Below, in pieces: positions 63,323 to 64,000 of a stretch of DNA of 64,000 bases. The stretch's first letter is position 1, and each line of letters opens with the position of its first letter. The notes under the pieces were generated by a model. The model had not been told where the DNA came from and searched no databases. It saw only the letters and a list, made by a program, of their open reading frames with translations. The DNA is taken from positions 198,588,001 through 198,652,000 of the forward strand of contig NC_086097.1 in assembly GCF_963921235.1 (NCBI RefSeq), written 5' to 3'. The stretch comes from Mobula hypostoma (taxonomy: Eukaryota). A program made the position numbers and the translations under genes.

Positions 63323-63418
63323 GATTGCCACTTCAGTGGTCCCTTCATAGCCAGCTGTTCCCAACAGATGTTGCTCATAATGAGAAAACACAGTACAAAG
63401 CAATCTGATTTCTTTCAT
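63323..63418 (-). CDS. Candidate first coding exon (MKEIRLLCTVFSHYEQHLLGTAGYEGTTEVAI)
   Basis: ATG at 63418, donor ATC|gtaaga (phase 0), unique sequence. Linkage to the downstream exons is unproven. Confidence 0.25.
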
Positions 63419-63594
63419 GGCTGTTTGCAGTCTCCATCGTGGTTAAAAAGTGCAACCAAACATCAACTGAATTGCACTTATCACAGGCCACTGTTTGACA
63501 ATACTAGTGCAGTGAAGGGATGCAGAAGACAAGCGCAAGCACTTTCACAATAGCGATAGGAGATAAAGCAATTTTTTCATAAATAACATATTGA

Positions 63595-64000
63595 TCATAA
63601 GACCAAAAGACCATAAGATATAGGAGCACAATTAGGCCATTCAGCCAATTACATATGTTCTGCCATTTGATCATGGCTGATCCATTTCCCTCCTAACCCC
63701 ATTTCCCCATATCGTTTCATGCCCTGGGTTATCAAGTGTCTATCAAACTCCACCTTCAACACACTCAAAGACTTGGCCTCCACAGCTGCCTGTGGCAACG
63801 AATTCCACAGATTCACCACCCTCTGGCTAAGAAATTCTTCCTTATCTCTGAAGTTGTGCCCTCTGGTCCTAGCCTCTCCCACTATAATAAACACCCTCTC
63901 CACATCCACTCTATTTTGGCTTTTCACCATTCGATAGGTTTTAATGAGATCCCCTCTCATTTTTCTAAGTTCCAGTGAGTACAAGCCCAGAATCATCAAA
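63595..64000 (-). mobile_element. CR1 3' end running off the window
   Basis: ORF 63649-63999: LGLYSLELRKMRGDLIK. Confidence 0.9.

Noticed and set aside
1..64000. CRISPR arrays, rRNA, intact tRNA genes, prokaryotic operons
   Set aside because: None seen; tRNA-like boxes occur only in decayed SINE heads.

Overview
Eukaryotic, very repeat-rich genomic DNA. The repeat families point to a cartilaginous fish, probably a ray or shark (inference). Most of the window is decayed and nested retroelements: CR1 LINEs (one full length), Rex1/Babar-type LINEs, two kinds of RTE-type LINE, V-SINE-like elements, two non-autonomous ~0.7-0.8 kb families, one solo LTR, and many Penelope-like (PLE) fragments. Several PLE fragments are short fold-back insertions with 11-14 bp target duplications that carry minimal hammerhead ribozyme cores. 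Hidden between the repeats is a minus-strand multi-exon protein-coding gene. Six phase-consistent 3' exons (22455 down to the stop at 11052, AATAAA at 10975-10980) splice into about 220 aa, and weaker candidate exons lie upstream as far as ~63.4 kb. I do not recognise the protein. By eye it shows colinear short motif matches to C9orf72/DENN-type proteins, which is an untested hypothesis. Almost all long ORFs in the supplied track are LINE fragments, their antisense shadows, or chimeras created by nested insertion.
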